A DNA stretch of 64,000 bases from Desulfobacterales bacterium (GTDB taxonomy: Bacteria > Desulfobacterota > Desulfobacteria > Desulfobacterales > UBA2245): assembly GCA_040771865.1 (NCBI GenBank), contig JAXGZF010000005.1, positions 186,001 through 250,000 on the forward strand, written 5' to 3'. The notes below the pieces were generated by a model. The model ran no database searches and was not told the origin of the DNA. It saw only the letters and a list, made by a program, of their open reading frames with translations. The position numbers and the translations under genes were made by a program. This document shows positions 41,183 through 50,492 of the stretch, piece by piece (position 1 is the first letter of the stretch; the number at the start of each line of letters is the position of its first letter).

Positions 41183-42931
41183 ATGGTGAATCGGATCACC
41201 GAACATATCGATATCTGGACCGCCGCCCAGGCGCCAAAGACCAACGGCGCAGGGCGGGGCAATGGCGCTGCCAGGAACAGCCTGCACGGCATCAAGAAGC
41301 TGCGCGAGCTGATTCTGGAGTTGGCCGTGCGCGGTAAGCTCGTCCCTCAGGACCCAAACGATGAGCCAGCCAGCGAGTTATTGAAAAAAATTGCCAGAGA
41401 AAAAGCGCGGTTGATCAAAGAAGGGAAAATAAAAAAGCAAAACCCATTGCCGGAAATCAGCGAGGATGAAAAGCCGTTTGAGCTGCCGGAGAGGTGGGCG
41501 TGGGTATATTTATCAGACATTGTTCAAATTGTTGGCGGGGGAACTCCGAAATCATCTGAACCTACTTACTGGGCCGATGATGAAATTAAATGGTTAACAC
41601 CAGCTGACCTTTATGGCCTAAACGAAAAGTATATTTCTGCTGGCCGGAGAGATATTTCTTCCAAGGGTTTGGAGGCCTCATCGGCAACATTATTGCCAGT
41701 TGGAGCTGTACTTTTTTCAAGTCGTGCACCTATCGGTTATGTGGCAATTGCAGGAGCTGAGTTGGCAACAAATCAGGGCTTTAAGTCCTGTGTACCTTAT
41801 GTGCAAGGTATGAGCGAGTATGTTTATTACTTCTTAAAACGTTCAGCACGAAAAATTGATTCTCAAGCAAGTGGAACAACTTTTAAAGAGATTTCAGGCG
41901 CAGGCATGTCAAAGGTGTTGTTTGCATTGCCTCCTCTCGCTGAGCAACAGCGCATTGTCGTCAAAGTTGATGAACTGATGGCCCTCTGCGACCAATTGGA
42001 ACAGCAGCAAATCGAAAGCAGCGATACCCACCAGATCCTGGTGGAAACGCTGCTTGCCTCACTCACCAACGCCGCCGATCAAAAGGAATGCGCCAGTGCC
42101 TGGCAACGCATCGCCAGTCACTTCGACATTCTGTTCACCACCAAACAAAGCATCGACCAGCTCAAGCAGACCATTCTCCAACTGGCCGTCATGGGCAAAC
42201 TCGTTCCGCAGGACTCCAACAACCTGCCTGCCAGCGACCTGCTGAAAAAAATCGCCAGAGAAAAAGCGCGGTTGATCAAAGAAGGCAAGATCAAAAAAGA
42301 AAAACCTTTGCCGGAAATCAGCGAAGACGAAAAACCATTCGAGTTGCCGGCGGGGTGGGTGTGGGTGAGATTAGGAGATATAGCCAGCACTCGACTCGGA
42401 AAAATGCTTGATAAGTCGAAAAATCGTGGCAATCCCAGGCCATATCTTAGAAACACAAATGTGCAGTGGCATTCGTTTGCCTTAGATGATGTTAAGGAAA
42501 TGAGGTTTGAAGATAGTGAACTCGATGAATATAGAGTTCAACCGGGCGATTTATTGATTTGCGAAGGTGGAGAACCGGGTCGCTGCGCTATCTGGGAAGA
42601 CCCATCTAAAGAAATATATTTTCAGAAAGCCATACATCGTGTTCGACCTTTTTCAGGTGTCGCCGTTGAGTTTTTACAAGTCAGTCTGACGAAAGACGCA
42701 AAGAACGGTGACTTAGGTGAATATTTTACAGGCGCAACAATAAAGCATTTTCCAGGTGAAAAATTAAACAGATACCTATTCCCTCTACCGCCTAAAAGTG
42801 AACAACACCGCATCATCGCCAAGGTCGACGAACTCATGGCCATCTGCGACGCTCTCAAAGCCCGACTGAACGAAGCCCAAACCACCCAGGTCCAACTGGC
42901 CGACGCCATTGTCGAACAGGCCGTTGCGTAA
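41183..42931 (+). CDS. hsdS: Type I R-M specificity subunit
   Basis: Two conserved LAV.GKLVPQD...KPFELP..W and PP..EQ.RI blocks around two AT-rich TRDs. Confidence 0.95.
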   Translation: MVNRITEHIDIWTAAQAPKTNGAGRGNGAARNSLHGIKKLRELILELAVRGKLVPQDPNDEPASELLKKIAREKARLIKEGKIKKQNPLPEISEDEKPFELPERWAWVYLSDIVQIVGGGTPKSSEPTYWADDEIKWLTPADLYGLNEKYISAGRRDISSKGLEASSATLLPVGAVLFSSRAPIGYVAIAGAELATNQGFKSCVPYVQGMSEYVYYFLKRSARKIDSQASGTTFKEISGAGMSKVLFALPPLAEQQRIVVKVDELMALCDQLEQQQIESSDTHQILVETLLASLTNAADQKECASAWQRIASHFDILFTTKQSIDQLKQTILQLAVMGKLVPQDSNNLPASDLLKKIAREKARLIKEGKIKKEKPLPEISEDEKPFELPAGWVWVRLGDIASTRLGKMLDKSKNRGNPRPYLRNTNVQWHSFALDDVKEMRFEDSELDEYRVQPGDLLICEGGEPGRCAIWEDPSKEIYFQKAIHRVRPFSGVAVEFLQVSLTKDAKNGDLGEYFTGATIKHFPGEKLNRYLFPLPPKSEQHRIIAKVDELMAICDALKARLNEAQTTQVQLADAIVEQAVA

Positions 42932-42990
42932 GGAAAAACAGGTAGCGGGGGTTTCCGGGGGTACCTTAAATAATTTCTGGCAAGAGCAAT

Positions 42991-43178
42991 CGGGCCCGGT
43001 TTTGTTTCTCATTTTCAAACCGCACCGGAAACCTTTCATCGAAAGAATTGAATGCCAGCCGGGCAGGGAGTTCAAACGCCAAAAACCGGGACCCAAAAAA
43101 AAGATAAGTATCCCCGGAATTATAGGCAAACTTCCGATCTAAACATAAAATCACAGACACCCCCAAGTTATCCTGAAC
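42991..43178 (+). repeat. RAYT-tail-like repeat (long copy)
   Basis: Translates FIERIECQPGREFKRQKPGPKKK, then tccccggaatt; similarity to 50323-50486 continues downstream. Confidence 0.8.
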
Positions 43179-43299
43179 ATTGTCAAAGAACCAATAAAAA
43201 TCAGAAAAAGGAGGCGAAAAAAACTTGATTTGAAAGGAACGTCCGAAAACGTTTTTGGAGCTTTTTGAGTGGCTCCATTACGGCGATCATTGACAAGCT

Positions 43300-43441
43300 A
43301 TGAGCCGACGAACAGAAACGGCATACAAGGCCAAGGCCTATTCTCTGGATAAGTCAGCACCTGTTTGCATGCGTATACGCACAGACAGTCCCGCATGCCA
43401 GGGGTGGTGTGGGGGCTGGGGGAAAAGCCCCGGCACTCGAT
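43300..43441 (+). mobile_element. Remnant of a group IIC-attC intron (3' domain V/VI end)
   Basis: cccgcatgccaggggtggtgtgggggctggggg...ccccggcactcgat followed by tgggc (attC R'' half-site), antisense to the cassettes. Confidence 0.65.
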
Positions 43442-43477
43442 TGGGCATTGTCTGTTCATTGTTTGATTTGACCCGCA

Positions 43478-44326
43478 TCAGAAGACGCCGCCCATCTTGG
43501 CCTGATTCAAGAAATTTTCCAATTCGGATTGCGTCCTCTCCGCCCACTCTATGAACGGCCACAGTTTCTCCCGTGTCAGCAAAGACGAGCTTCTCTCTTC
43601 TGATCCCGGGTGCGCAATCTCATTTCGTAGCCTCTCGACTGCCCCACGGAACTTCCGTTGGGTAAGAGACGGCACAGAGTCTTTGATGCTCGTGACTTTG
43701 CCTGCAATAGCGAGCTTGTCGGCCATTGTAGTGCATTCCAAGAGCAATGAATCGAATGGCTTACCTTCGCGATTGTCGCGGTAGTTCCGGCGGGCGTATA
43801 TTTTTTTTGCTTTGTTCAGCCTTCCTTTCGAGAGCCATGCAAGCGATTCACCGGGGGAGAGTGACACGGCGTCCAACAGCATTCTTTCAATGTTGATCAG
43901 CAGTGCAAATAGGCAGAGGCGCAGTGGCGGCTTGTGCAAGTCTCTGTAGGACACCCAGCCAACAAAGTGATTTCCTCGGAGCACGAAGAAGAAAGGATGC
44001 TGTGTCTTGGAAAACGCGGCCGCTGCTTCCATTAAAGTTGTATCTGCGGTCATTATGGTGTCCGGCGCTATTCGCTCCATACAATCTGAGATGGTCTTCC
44101 CGGAGTCGAGCATGTCGAAGCCTACCCATCCTCGGATCTTCTGATTTCCTTCTACTAAAGCAATCTGGTCCATAGGATCCAGGCGCTCGCCGCACAGTTC
44201 GACACCCCACTCCTCGAATACCTCTGCAACAAGTCGCTGAGCATCGAACGTAGCGATGAAAGGGGAACAAATGTCCCCAACTGTAATCAGATGGGCAAGC
44301 TGACGGAAATGGGACTGTGACACCAT
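43478..44326 (-). CDS. CBS-domain protein with C-terminal HEPN-like RxxxxH motif
   Basis: CBS-like segments (ITVGDICSP, IMTADTTLMEA...FVGWVSYRDL); RNEIAH. Start at ATG 44326 with SD GAGG. Confidence 0.6.
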   Translation of the reverse strand: MVSQSHFRQLAHLITVGDICSPFIATFDAQRLVAEVFEEWGVELCGERLDPMDQIALVEGNQKIRGWVGFDMLDSGKTISDCMERIAPDTIMTADTTLMEAAAAFSKTQHPFFFVLRGNHFVGWVSYRDLHKPPLRLCLFALLINIERMLLDAVSLSPGESLAWLSKGRLNKAKKIYARRNYRDNREGKPFDSLLLECTTMADKLAIAGKVTSIKDSVPSLTQRKFRGAVERLRNEIAHPGSEERSSSLLTREKLWPFIEWAERTQSELENFLNQAKMGGVF

Positions 44327-44361
44327 ATTGACCTCTTTCGCACGTGTTCGTTTCTTCACGA

Positions 44362-44420
44362 GTCTAATTGTGGCATCAGCCGCGCGCGTAGCGCGTCGGC
44401 CTGCATGCACATTGTCATGA
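44362..44420 (-). other. attC-like site (59 bp, degenerate)
   Basis: Minus strand tcatgac-aatgtgcatgcaggccgacgcgctacgcgcgcggctgatgccaca-attagac: R''/L''/L'/R' layout with central palindrome. Confidence 0.7.
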
Positions 44421-44475
44421 TGCTTTAAGCCAATAATTGTACATTGTATAACGCTTTCTGGAGAAGTCATATACA

Positions 44476-46440
44476 CTATGATAGAAGTGCATTGAAGGTC
44501 TTGAACACTTGCTCGAATCGGTCAAGAGTTGCGTTGACCGCAGGCGTGTCGGCATCGAGCACAGATGGGTTCTCAAGGAGCCAGCGTGATGCGCCGAAGT
44601 GATCAAACTCGGCCACCGATGGGGGCATAAGCTTGAACAAGGCTTCTGCCTTCTTGACTATGCGCGGAGTTGGAGCTGCCGCGATGAGATTTGCCACAGT
44701 GACCACATTAGCTGCAGGCGGCTTGTATGCGCCGTTCAGCATTTCGACGAAGAGGCCCGGCTCGAAGAGGTCCTCAACATCAGCCTCCGACTGGCCCGTG
44801 AAGTCTGCACAGGTATAGAAGTGCCCTGCCTTCAAAATGTCGGCCTTCTTCAAGTTCTCAATCTTGGTCTTGTCCCCATTGGCGATATCCGAGAGCACCG
44901 CTGTGTTGATTCGGTTGCCACCGAACAGCCTCACGAAAGGCGCGATCTTGTCGATGCCGCCCGATGGGCACAGTGCCCACTTCGGATCGCGGCCCTCGCG
45001 TCGGCGCTTGATCAATGCCTGCGACAGGACTTGCATATAGAGGATGTCGGATGGGCCTTCGACCAGCCATGTGTTCGCGCCGATGAAGAGCGACTGGGTC
45101 GCTTCGTAGCCTAATGCCCCTTGCAGCGGAAAGAGAGTGTCGTCGTTGACTTCGAGCACGTCGGAGCGAACCTTGGTACCCTTGACCTCGGGGCGCTTGC
45201 CCGGCTTCTCGATGATCATGTCCTCCACGATGCGGACATCTGCGAGGCGGTCTATCGGAACCATGAAGGGCGAGTGTGTAGTGAATATGACCTGATGATC
45301 GGGTAGCAACCGCTCGACGATGTAGCGCAACAAGTCGCCTTGGGCCTTGCCATGCAAAGTCAGGCCAGGCTCGTCCAACAGGATGATAGCATTGCTGTTG
45401 CCGGGCGTCTTCTTGAGCTGCTTGAACTGGGCAAGAAACGAGAAGAACCAGACGAAACCCGCGCTACGCTCTGATAAGGGCAGCGTGGCCTTGTGGTTGG
45501 TATTCTTGATACGGATGTCTGCCACCATGCCGGTGTTGAACGGAGCCGGGTCCTTGGGCTTGCCATTGTCGATCTCGATGACGACTTCCAACGCGTTGTT
45601 CTGACTCCAAAACTGGAAGATTTCCTCGGTGATCTCGTTGCTGGCCGCCTCGCAAGTGGCCTTCAGCGCCTCGCGCCGATCCGCCACAAGCAGTTCCTCC
45701 AGCGTCGTGCCCGCGTATTCCAAGAAGGCGAGAAAAATCTTGTCACCGACCGATACCGTGTTGTTCTTCTTGTCTTGTTGCAGTTTCTGGATCGAAACCA
45801 TGCCCGACATCCGCTCGAAGTGCGAGGTGAAGAAGAACTTAGGTTGATGCGCCGAGAGAACATCGATCACGCCATTGGTAAAGCTCGACTCCCTGCATTT
45901 TTTGATGTCCTGCAAGAGCGCCTCTTGCTTGGGCGTTCGCTCAGCCAAACCCGATAGAGCTTTGTCGGCCCCAGGTCCGTCGCTTACCCCATGCAAGACG
46001 TTGCGATCCGTCGCGTCGAGAGCATGCTTGCTGAGCATGTTCTCCAAGACCTTGGCGCTGTCGACTTCGATGATCCATATAAGACTGTCGTCATACCTGA
46101 ACCCGAAGTGCGCTTGGAATGTGTCGCCCTTCAAGACCCCCGAACCGAAGCGTTTCTCAACAGCCGCCTTGTCCGCATCTTCAAGCCGCCACCAAGTCCG
46201 AATCACTTCTGCGGTGCCATCGGGGTGCCGGTCGTCGAAACGGGTTGAGAAGCGCCTCGGGTAGTCGATAGTCTCGTCAAACTCAAATGGCTGCGAGGGA
46301 TTGAGCCCACGCATTGCGCTGAGCAGTACTGTCTTTCCCGCCTCGTTCTTGCCAACAAGGCATGTGAGGTCGCCGATTTCGAACTCTCCGCTATCCTCCA
46401 CTGATCGATAGTTTTGGACACGTACTCTTGTAAGCTTCAT
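44476..46440 (-). CDS. OLD-family ATP-dependent nuclease (ABC ATPase + TOPRIM)
   Basis: VQNYRSV, GKNEAGKT, LLDEPG, TTHSPF, LVEGPSD. Confidence 0.85.
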   Translation of the reverse strand: MKLTRVRVQNYRSVEDSGEFEIGDLTCLVGKNEAGKTVLLSAMRGLNPSQPFEFDETIDYPRRFSTRFDDRHPDGTAEVIRTWWRLEDADKAAVEKRFGSGVLKGDTFQAHFGFRYDDSLIWIIEVDSAKVLENMLSKHALDATDRNVLHGVSDGPGADKALSGLAERTPKQEALLQDIKKCRESSFTNGVIDVLSAHQPKFFFTSHFERMSGMVSIQKLQQDKKNNTVSVGDKIFLAFLEYAGTTLEELLVADRREALKATCEAASNEITEEIFQFWSQNNALEVVIEIDNGKPKDPAPFNTGMVADIRIKNTNHKATLPLSERSAGFVWFFSFLAQFKQLKKTPGNSNAIILLDEPGLTLHGKAQGDLLRYIVERLLPDHQVIFTTHSPFMVPIDRLADVRIVEDMIIEKPGKRPEVKGTKVRSDVLEVNDDTLFPLQGALGYEATQSLFIGANTWLVEGPSDILYMQVLSQALIKRRREGRDPKWALCPSGGIDKIAPFVRLFGGNRINTAVLSDIANGDKTKIENLKKADILKAGHFYTCADFTGQSEADVEDLFEPGLFVEMLNGAYKPPAANVVTVANLIAAAPTPRIVKKAEALFKLMPPSVAEFDHFGASRWLLENPSVLDADTPAVNATLDRFEQVFKTFNALLS

Positions 46441-46557
46441 TCTCTATTACCTCCATGGCTAAATGCTTGCGAATGGGGTTGACATTCGATCATCCACAAA
46501 TGAGACATTTGAATCCTTCCGCCTGAAATTGTCACCTGTGGCATTCGCCCCCTGGCT

Positions 46558-46649
46558 GCAGAACGCCAGCATTGCCGGCGTTTTTCAGAGTGTAGAGAGA
46601 GAAGCGAACGGAGCGGCGAAAAACGTTAGTGTTTATGCATTTGTTAGCC
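46558..46649 (-). other. attC-like site (92 bp)
   Basis: Minus strand ggctaac-aaatgcataaac...cgtttttc...gaaaaacg...caatgctggc-gttctgc, beginning 8 bp after the nuclease stop. Confidence 0.78.
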
Positions 46650-46656
46650 AATGAAT

Positions 46657-47568
46657 TCACATATCTCTGTATTTTAAGAATATGTCACCAGTATCGGAAG
46701 CATGTCTTCTCTTTCGAAACAGCATATCTTTTAAATCAATTCTATTTTCTAGTACGGCCATAAGATCAGCACCATCCATTAGCAACATTGTTTTCATTGA
46801 TGATGATTTACTTACATTGTAATCGGCAGTGAAACCATTTATTGAAATGACTAAGCCAAGTGTTAATTTAAGCCTCCCTTCTATTTTTCCACCAAACTTG
46901 TAGAGTTCTCCAAGTTCAATTGGTTTTTCTTGCCATTTAGCTTCCAACAAGAAATCATTGCCATCAAAAGTAAAGGCACCATCTATCTGTTCACCAACGA
47001 TCCTAAATGATTCTTTTGGTTCAAGGTCAAGCAAAGTAAAAAGGCTGTTAAGAAATTTCTCAAATGCAAATCCACGTTTTTGAGCATTTGGCTCAAGTAT
47101 TAGCCCGCCGAAATCATCCTTTAGAACGCTAATCATATTTGCGAAGTTTTCTTTTTCTTTTTGCATATTTGAGAAGACACTGCGCCTTGCTTCAACCTTT
47201 TCTTTTTCTTCTTTGAGCTCAAAATACCCTTCAGCGTGCTTTCGTAGAGCTTCTACAGCATCTTTGGCCCGTCTAATCATTTTTTCAGAATCTTCCCACT
47301 GTTTTAAATGTGTAAAATCATTAAAGTGCATCGTTACATCAAATAATTGGAACAAATCTTTTTCATATAAGTCTGGTCTTTCAACCATTCTATCCACAAG
47401 AATTCCTGCACTTTCTGCCTTCCTGTTGTTGACCCAATCAATAGTAGATATGAATAATTTATTTTCAACTGTATGATATACAAAGCTTCTTAAGTCTTGC
47501 TTTTTCCAATAAATATGAGTGAGCGCTTCTTTTAAAGCTTGTATTGCATTAGGTGAAAACTTCTTCAT
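46657..47568 (-). CDS. Mrr-like PD-(D/E)xK restriction endonuclease domain protein (gene cassette)
   Basis: RGFAFEKFL...EQIDGAF...LLEAKW; AT-rich; preceded by GTTAGCC (47595-47601) and followed by the complementary GGCTAAC. Confidence 0.82.
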   Translation of the reverse strand: MKKFSPNAIQALKEALTHIYWKKQDLRSFVYHTVENKLFISTIDWVNNRKAESAGILVDRMVERPDLYEKDLFQLFDVTMHFNDFTHLKQWEDSEKMIRRAKDAVEALRKHAEGYFELKEEKEKVEARRSVFSNMQKEKENFANMISVLKDDFGGLILEPNAQKRGFAFEKFLNSLFTLLDLEPKESFRIVGEQIDGAFTFDGNDFLLEAKWQEKPIELGELYKFGGKIEGRLKLTLGLVISINGFTADYNVSKSSSMKTMLLMDGADLMAVLENRIDLKDMLFRKRRHASDTGDIFLKYRDM

Positions 47569-47631
47569 GATTTTTCCTCTTTCGATCTGGGGCTGGCTAA
47601 CGGCCGGGGTGCGAGTAGCGCGCCTTGATCA

Positions 47632-48058
47632 ACCATTAATTATCAGGTCAAATAATATGATATTCAGCGTTTTTTCGGGCATATTGTGCCCTTAAATAAT
47701 AACAAACTGAATTTATCAAAATCGTTTGGCAGTTTTTGTTTGTTTGCCGGTTTAACATTTTGATCCTCGAGTCTGACTTGCTCGCGAATAGGTAATACAT
47801 TGCTTTGAAAGCTTCTTTGATGCAGAAGCAAGGACCGTTTTCGTCAGAAATCATATTGGAGCTTTTGATGACTTCATCGTACCTGGATTTCAACCAGTAC
47901 ATTTCGCTAACACAAAACATGATTTTAGAGAAGTAAAATTTGCACGCATTCATTGAAGTTGAGCAGCAATCCCGACTTCATGAAATCGCATGGCGAATTT
48001 CGGGAGCAACTTGCCGGAAACCTTTCATCGAAAGAATTGAACGTCCGCCGGGCAGGGG
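47632..48058 (+). repeat. Long direct repeat copy A (includes RAYT-tail-like repeat at 47954-48058)
   Basis: Highly similar to 50022-50368. Confidence 0.85.
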
Positions 48059-48326
48059 ATAGCTCGGGATGTCCTTAAATAACTAACTATATTATTTTGT
48101 TAAGCTTTATTGTGCATAATTGGTCATCAAAACCCATGCAAAACGGCTTGCCCGGCTTATCCGTTTTATCCCGGAAAATGTCCTGGCGTTCAATTCCCTG
48201 GATTATCACGTGGTGCAGAATTCCGGGCGCATCTAATCTGGCTGATCTTGGCATAGGTTTTCAAATATAACAGACAGGGAAATCGTTCAAATTTTTCGTC
48301 CCCAAGATGCCCCGTTAATCCCCTCA

Positions 48327-49073
48327 TCACCGCGTCATCAGCGCGAACACGCCCCAGCCCAGGTATTCACGCGTGTAAGTGGCGTGGCGCACGGGTTCCG
48401 AGGTCAGTTGGGCTCGAACCTCTTTGGCTAACTCGTCGTCGGGATTGGCTTCAAGCCATCGGCGCATGGTGAGCCACTTGGCCGCCTCGTATCTGTCCCA
48501 GCCGTCTTGGTCAGCCAGAACCATTTCAACGACGTCGTAGCCGAGGCGGCCGAAAGACGCGAGAAGTTCCGGAAGCAGGAGAAAGTCGGAGATTGAGTGG
48601 GCAAGACACCCCCTGGCAACATCTTCCGTCGGCGGTAACTGCCGCCAGTAGGGCTCGCCGATGAGGATGATCCCTCCGGTGCGCAGGCTCTGCGCCAGAA
48701 GCTCGATAGTGCCGATGACTCCCCCACCGATCCACGTGGCACCGAGACAGGCTGCCACATCGGCCTTCTCGCCAGAGATGTAGCCGGCAGCATCGCCATG
48801 GATAAACGTGACTTGATCGGCGACGCCGAGTTCTTCAGCGCGGAGTTTCGCTTGCTCGGTGAACAACCGGCTCATGTCGATGCCGGTGCCGATGACGCCG
48901 TGATCGCGTGCCCAGGTGCACAGCATCTCCCCCGAACCGCTGCCGAGGTCGAGCACTCGGGTTCCCGTTTCCAGACGCAGCGCCGCGCCGAGAGTGGCGA
49001 GCTTTTCGGGTGTGAACGGGTTGTGGATGCGGTGAGCACTTTCGGTGATGTTGAAGATCCGTGGAATGTCCAT
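48327..49073 (-). CDS. Class I SAM-dependent methyltransferase (YjhP-like)
   Basis: MDIPRIFNITESAHRIHNP, VLDLGSGSGE, GEPYW, REYLGWGVF. Confidence 0.9.
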   Translation of the reverse strand: MDIPRIFNITESAHRIHNPFTPEKLATLGAALRLETGTRVLDLGSGSGEMLCTWARDHGVIGTGIDMSRLFTEQAKLRAEELGVADQVTFIHGDAAGYISGEKADVAACLGATWIGGGVIGTIELLAQSLRTGGIILIGEPYWRQLPPTEDVARGCLAHSISDFLLLPELLASFGRLGYDVVEMVLADQDGWDRYEAAKWLTMRRWLEANPDDELAKEVRAQLTSEPVRHATYTREYLGWGVFALMTR

Positions 49074-49114
49074 TGCGGAAAATCTCCTTACGGGTGTGAA
49101 TAGATTCGGTCACT

Positions 49115-49246
49115 GCCTGACGCTAGGCATGAGTGCGCAGGGAAAAGCCAAGAAAAACCTTGGAAACTGGTAGTTTTGGGAAGTCTTCAGCTAAAGGTAT
49201 AAAACGTGCCGGCTTTTCCCAGTCCATCTCAATGCCCTTGTTCGCT
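49115..49246 (-). other. attC-like site (132 bp)
   Basis: Minus strand agcgaac-aagggcattgag...gggaaaagcc...ggcttttccc...ctcatgcctagc-gtcaggc, beginning 9 bp after the PIN stop. Confidence 0.78.
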
Positions 49247-49254
49247 TTTGATTA

Positions 49255-49659
49255 TTATTTCAAATAGCTATCAACGAATTCCCGTGGCTTCAAAACTGTA
49301 ATGCCTTGATATCCTGACACCTTTAATAAATGTTTGTCTCCGCTGATAATTATTTCGCTATTGCTGGCAATTGCGCATTCCATGAACTTATTGTCATCAG
49401 GGTCATCACATACAGATATATCAAAACCTTGGGTGTCTATAATTTGCCCATGAATTGTCATAAGTTCAATAATCTGCAAGATGTCGATTGCTGGAAATCT
49501 AGCTGCTAAAGACTCAGCAACACGTTGGTATTCATTAAGGATTTCTTGCGAAAGTACAATTTGTAGTCTTGAGTTTTGCCATGCCTTGAGAATTTGAAAA
49601 GGAGGGCCACTAAAAAATATCCCAGATATGAAAACATTCGTATCAAGGATGATTTTCAT
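49255..49659 (-). CDS. PIN-domain toxin
   Basis: IILDTNVFISG...DPDDNKFMECA...ISGDKHLL. Confidence 0.92.
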   Translation of the reverse strand: MKIILDTNVFISGIFFSGPPFQILKAWQNSRLQIVLSQEILNEYQRVAESLAARFPAIDILQIIELMTIHGQIIDTQGFDISVCDDPDDNKFMECAIASNSEIIISGDKHLLKVSGYQGITVLKPREFVDSYLK

Positions 49660-49922
49660 TTCTTCTTCCCTCGAGCTTTAGATATCGCATCCTTAATATC
49701 AGACTTTTTTAATCCGGCTTGTTTCCCTTTTTTTCTGGCGTCAGCAATTAGAGCATCAAATTCATCAAGGGATGGAGTTGCTATGGTTTTAAGAATAACA
49801 ACATCCTTCTCACCGACAACGACAAATTGTGCCCCAGCCTTTAAATTGAGTTGTTTCCGTATGTTTTCTGGAATAACAACCTGTCCTTTAGAGGACATTT
49901 TTGTTGTTGATACATTTGCCAT
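49656..49922 (-). CDS. AbrB/MazE-family antitoxin
   Basis: TKMSSKGQVVIPENIRKQL; overlaps the toxin start. Confidence 0.9.
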   Translation of the reverse strand: MANVSTTKMSSKGQVVIPENIRKQLNLKAGAQFVVVGEKDVVILKTIATPSLDEFDALIADARKKGKQAGLKKSDIKDAISKARGKKK

Positions 49923-49947
49923 AATATGCCTCCCTATAATTTATTTA

Positions 49948-49961
49948 TCTTACTGGTAAGA
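49948..49961. promoter_or_regulatory. Candidate TA autoregulatory operator
   Basis: Palindrome tcttac-tg-gtaaga about 25 bp upstream of the antitoxin start. Confidence 0.45.
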
Positions 49962-50021
49962 CTATATGGCCTTGATCTTAAAAATACAAGCCTTTTAAAT
50001 CAATTACGATTATAGAAAGCG

Positions 50022-50486
50022 ACCATTGATTATCAGGTCGATTTGCCCTGATAATCTGTTTGTTTCCCCGGTTTAACATTTTGATCTTCGAGTCTGACTT
50101 GCCCGCGAATAGATAAAAAATTGCTTTGAAAGCTTCTTCGATGCAGAACCAACGACCGTTTTCGTCAGAAATCATATTGGAAATTTTGATGACTTCATCG
50201 TACCTGGATTCCAACCAGTCCATTTCGCTAACACAAAACATGATTTTAGAGAAGTAAAATTTGTACGCATTCACGGAGGTTAAGCAGCAATCCCGACTTC
50301 ATGAAATCGCATGGCGAATTCCGGGAACCTTTCATCGAAAGAATTGAATGATAATAGGGCAGGGAATTCAAACGACAAAAACCGGGACCCGAAAAGAAGA
50401 ATAAGCAAGATGTTCCCGGAATTATCGGCCAACTGCCGTTCTATAGCATAAAATCATAGACATCCCCACATTATCCCCAATTGAAC
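50022..50486 (+). repeat. Long direct repeat copy B plus RAYT-tail-like repeat
   Basis: Matches 47632-48058, then 43030-43178. Confidence 0.85.
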
Positions 50487-50492
50487 GGATCA

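Noticed and set aside
39679..41295. 538-aa minus-strand ORF
   Set aside because: Antisense shadow of hsdM.
44327..44476. N-terminal 50 aa of the 332-aa ORF
   Set aside because: It runs through the attC site; the SD-preceded ATG at 44326 is the better start.
44476..46440. Gabija or retron system
   Set aside because: No UvrD-like GajB and no reverse transcriptase next to the OLD-like gene.
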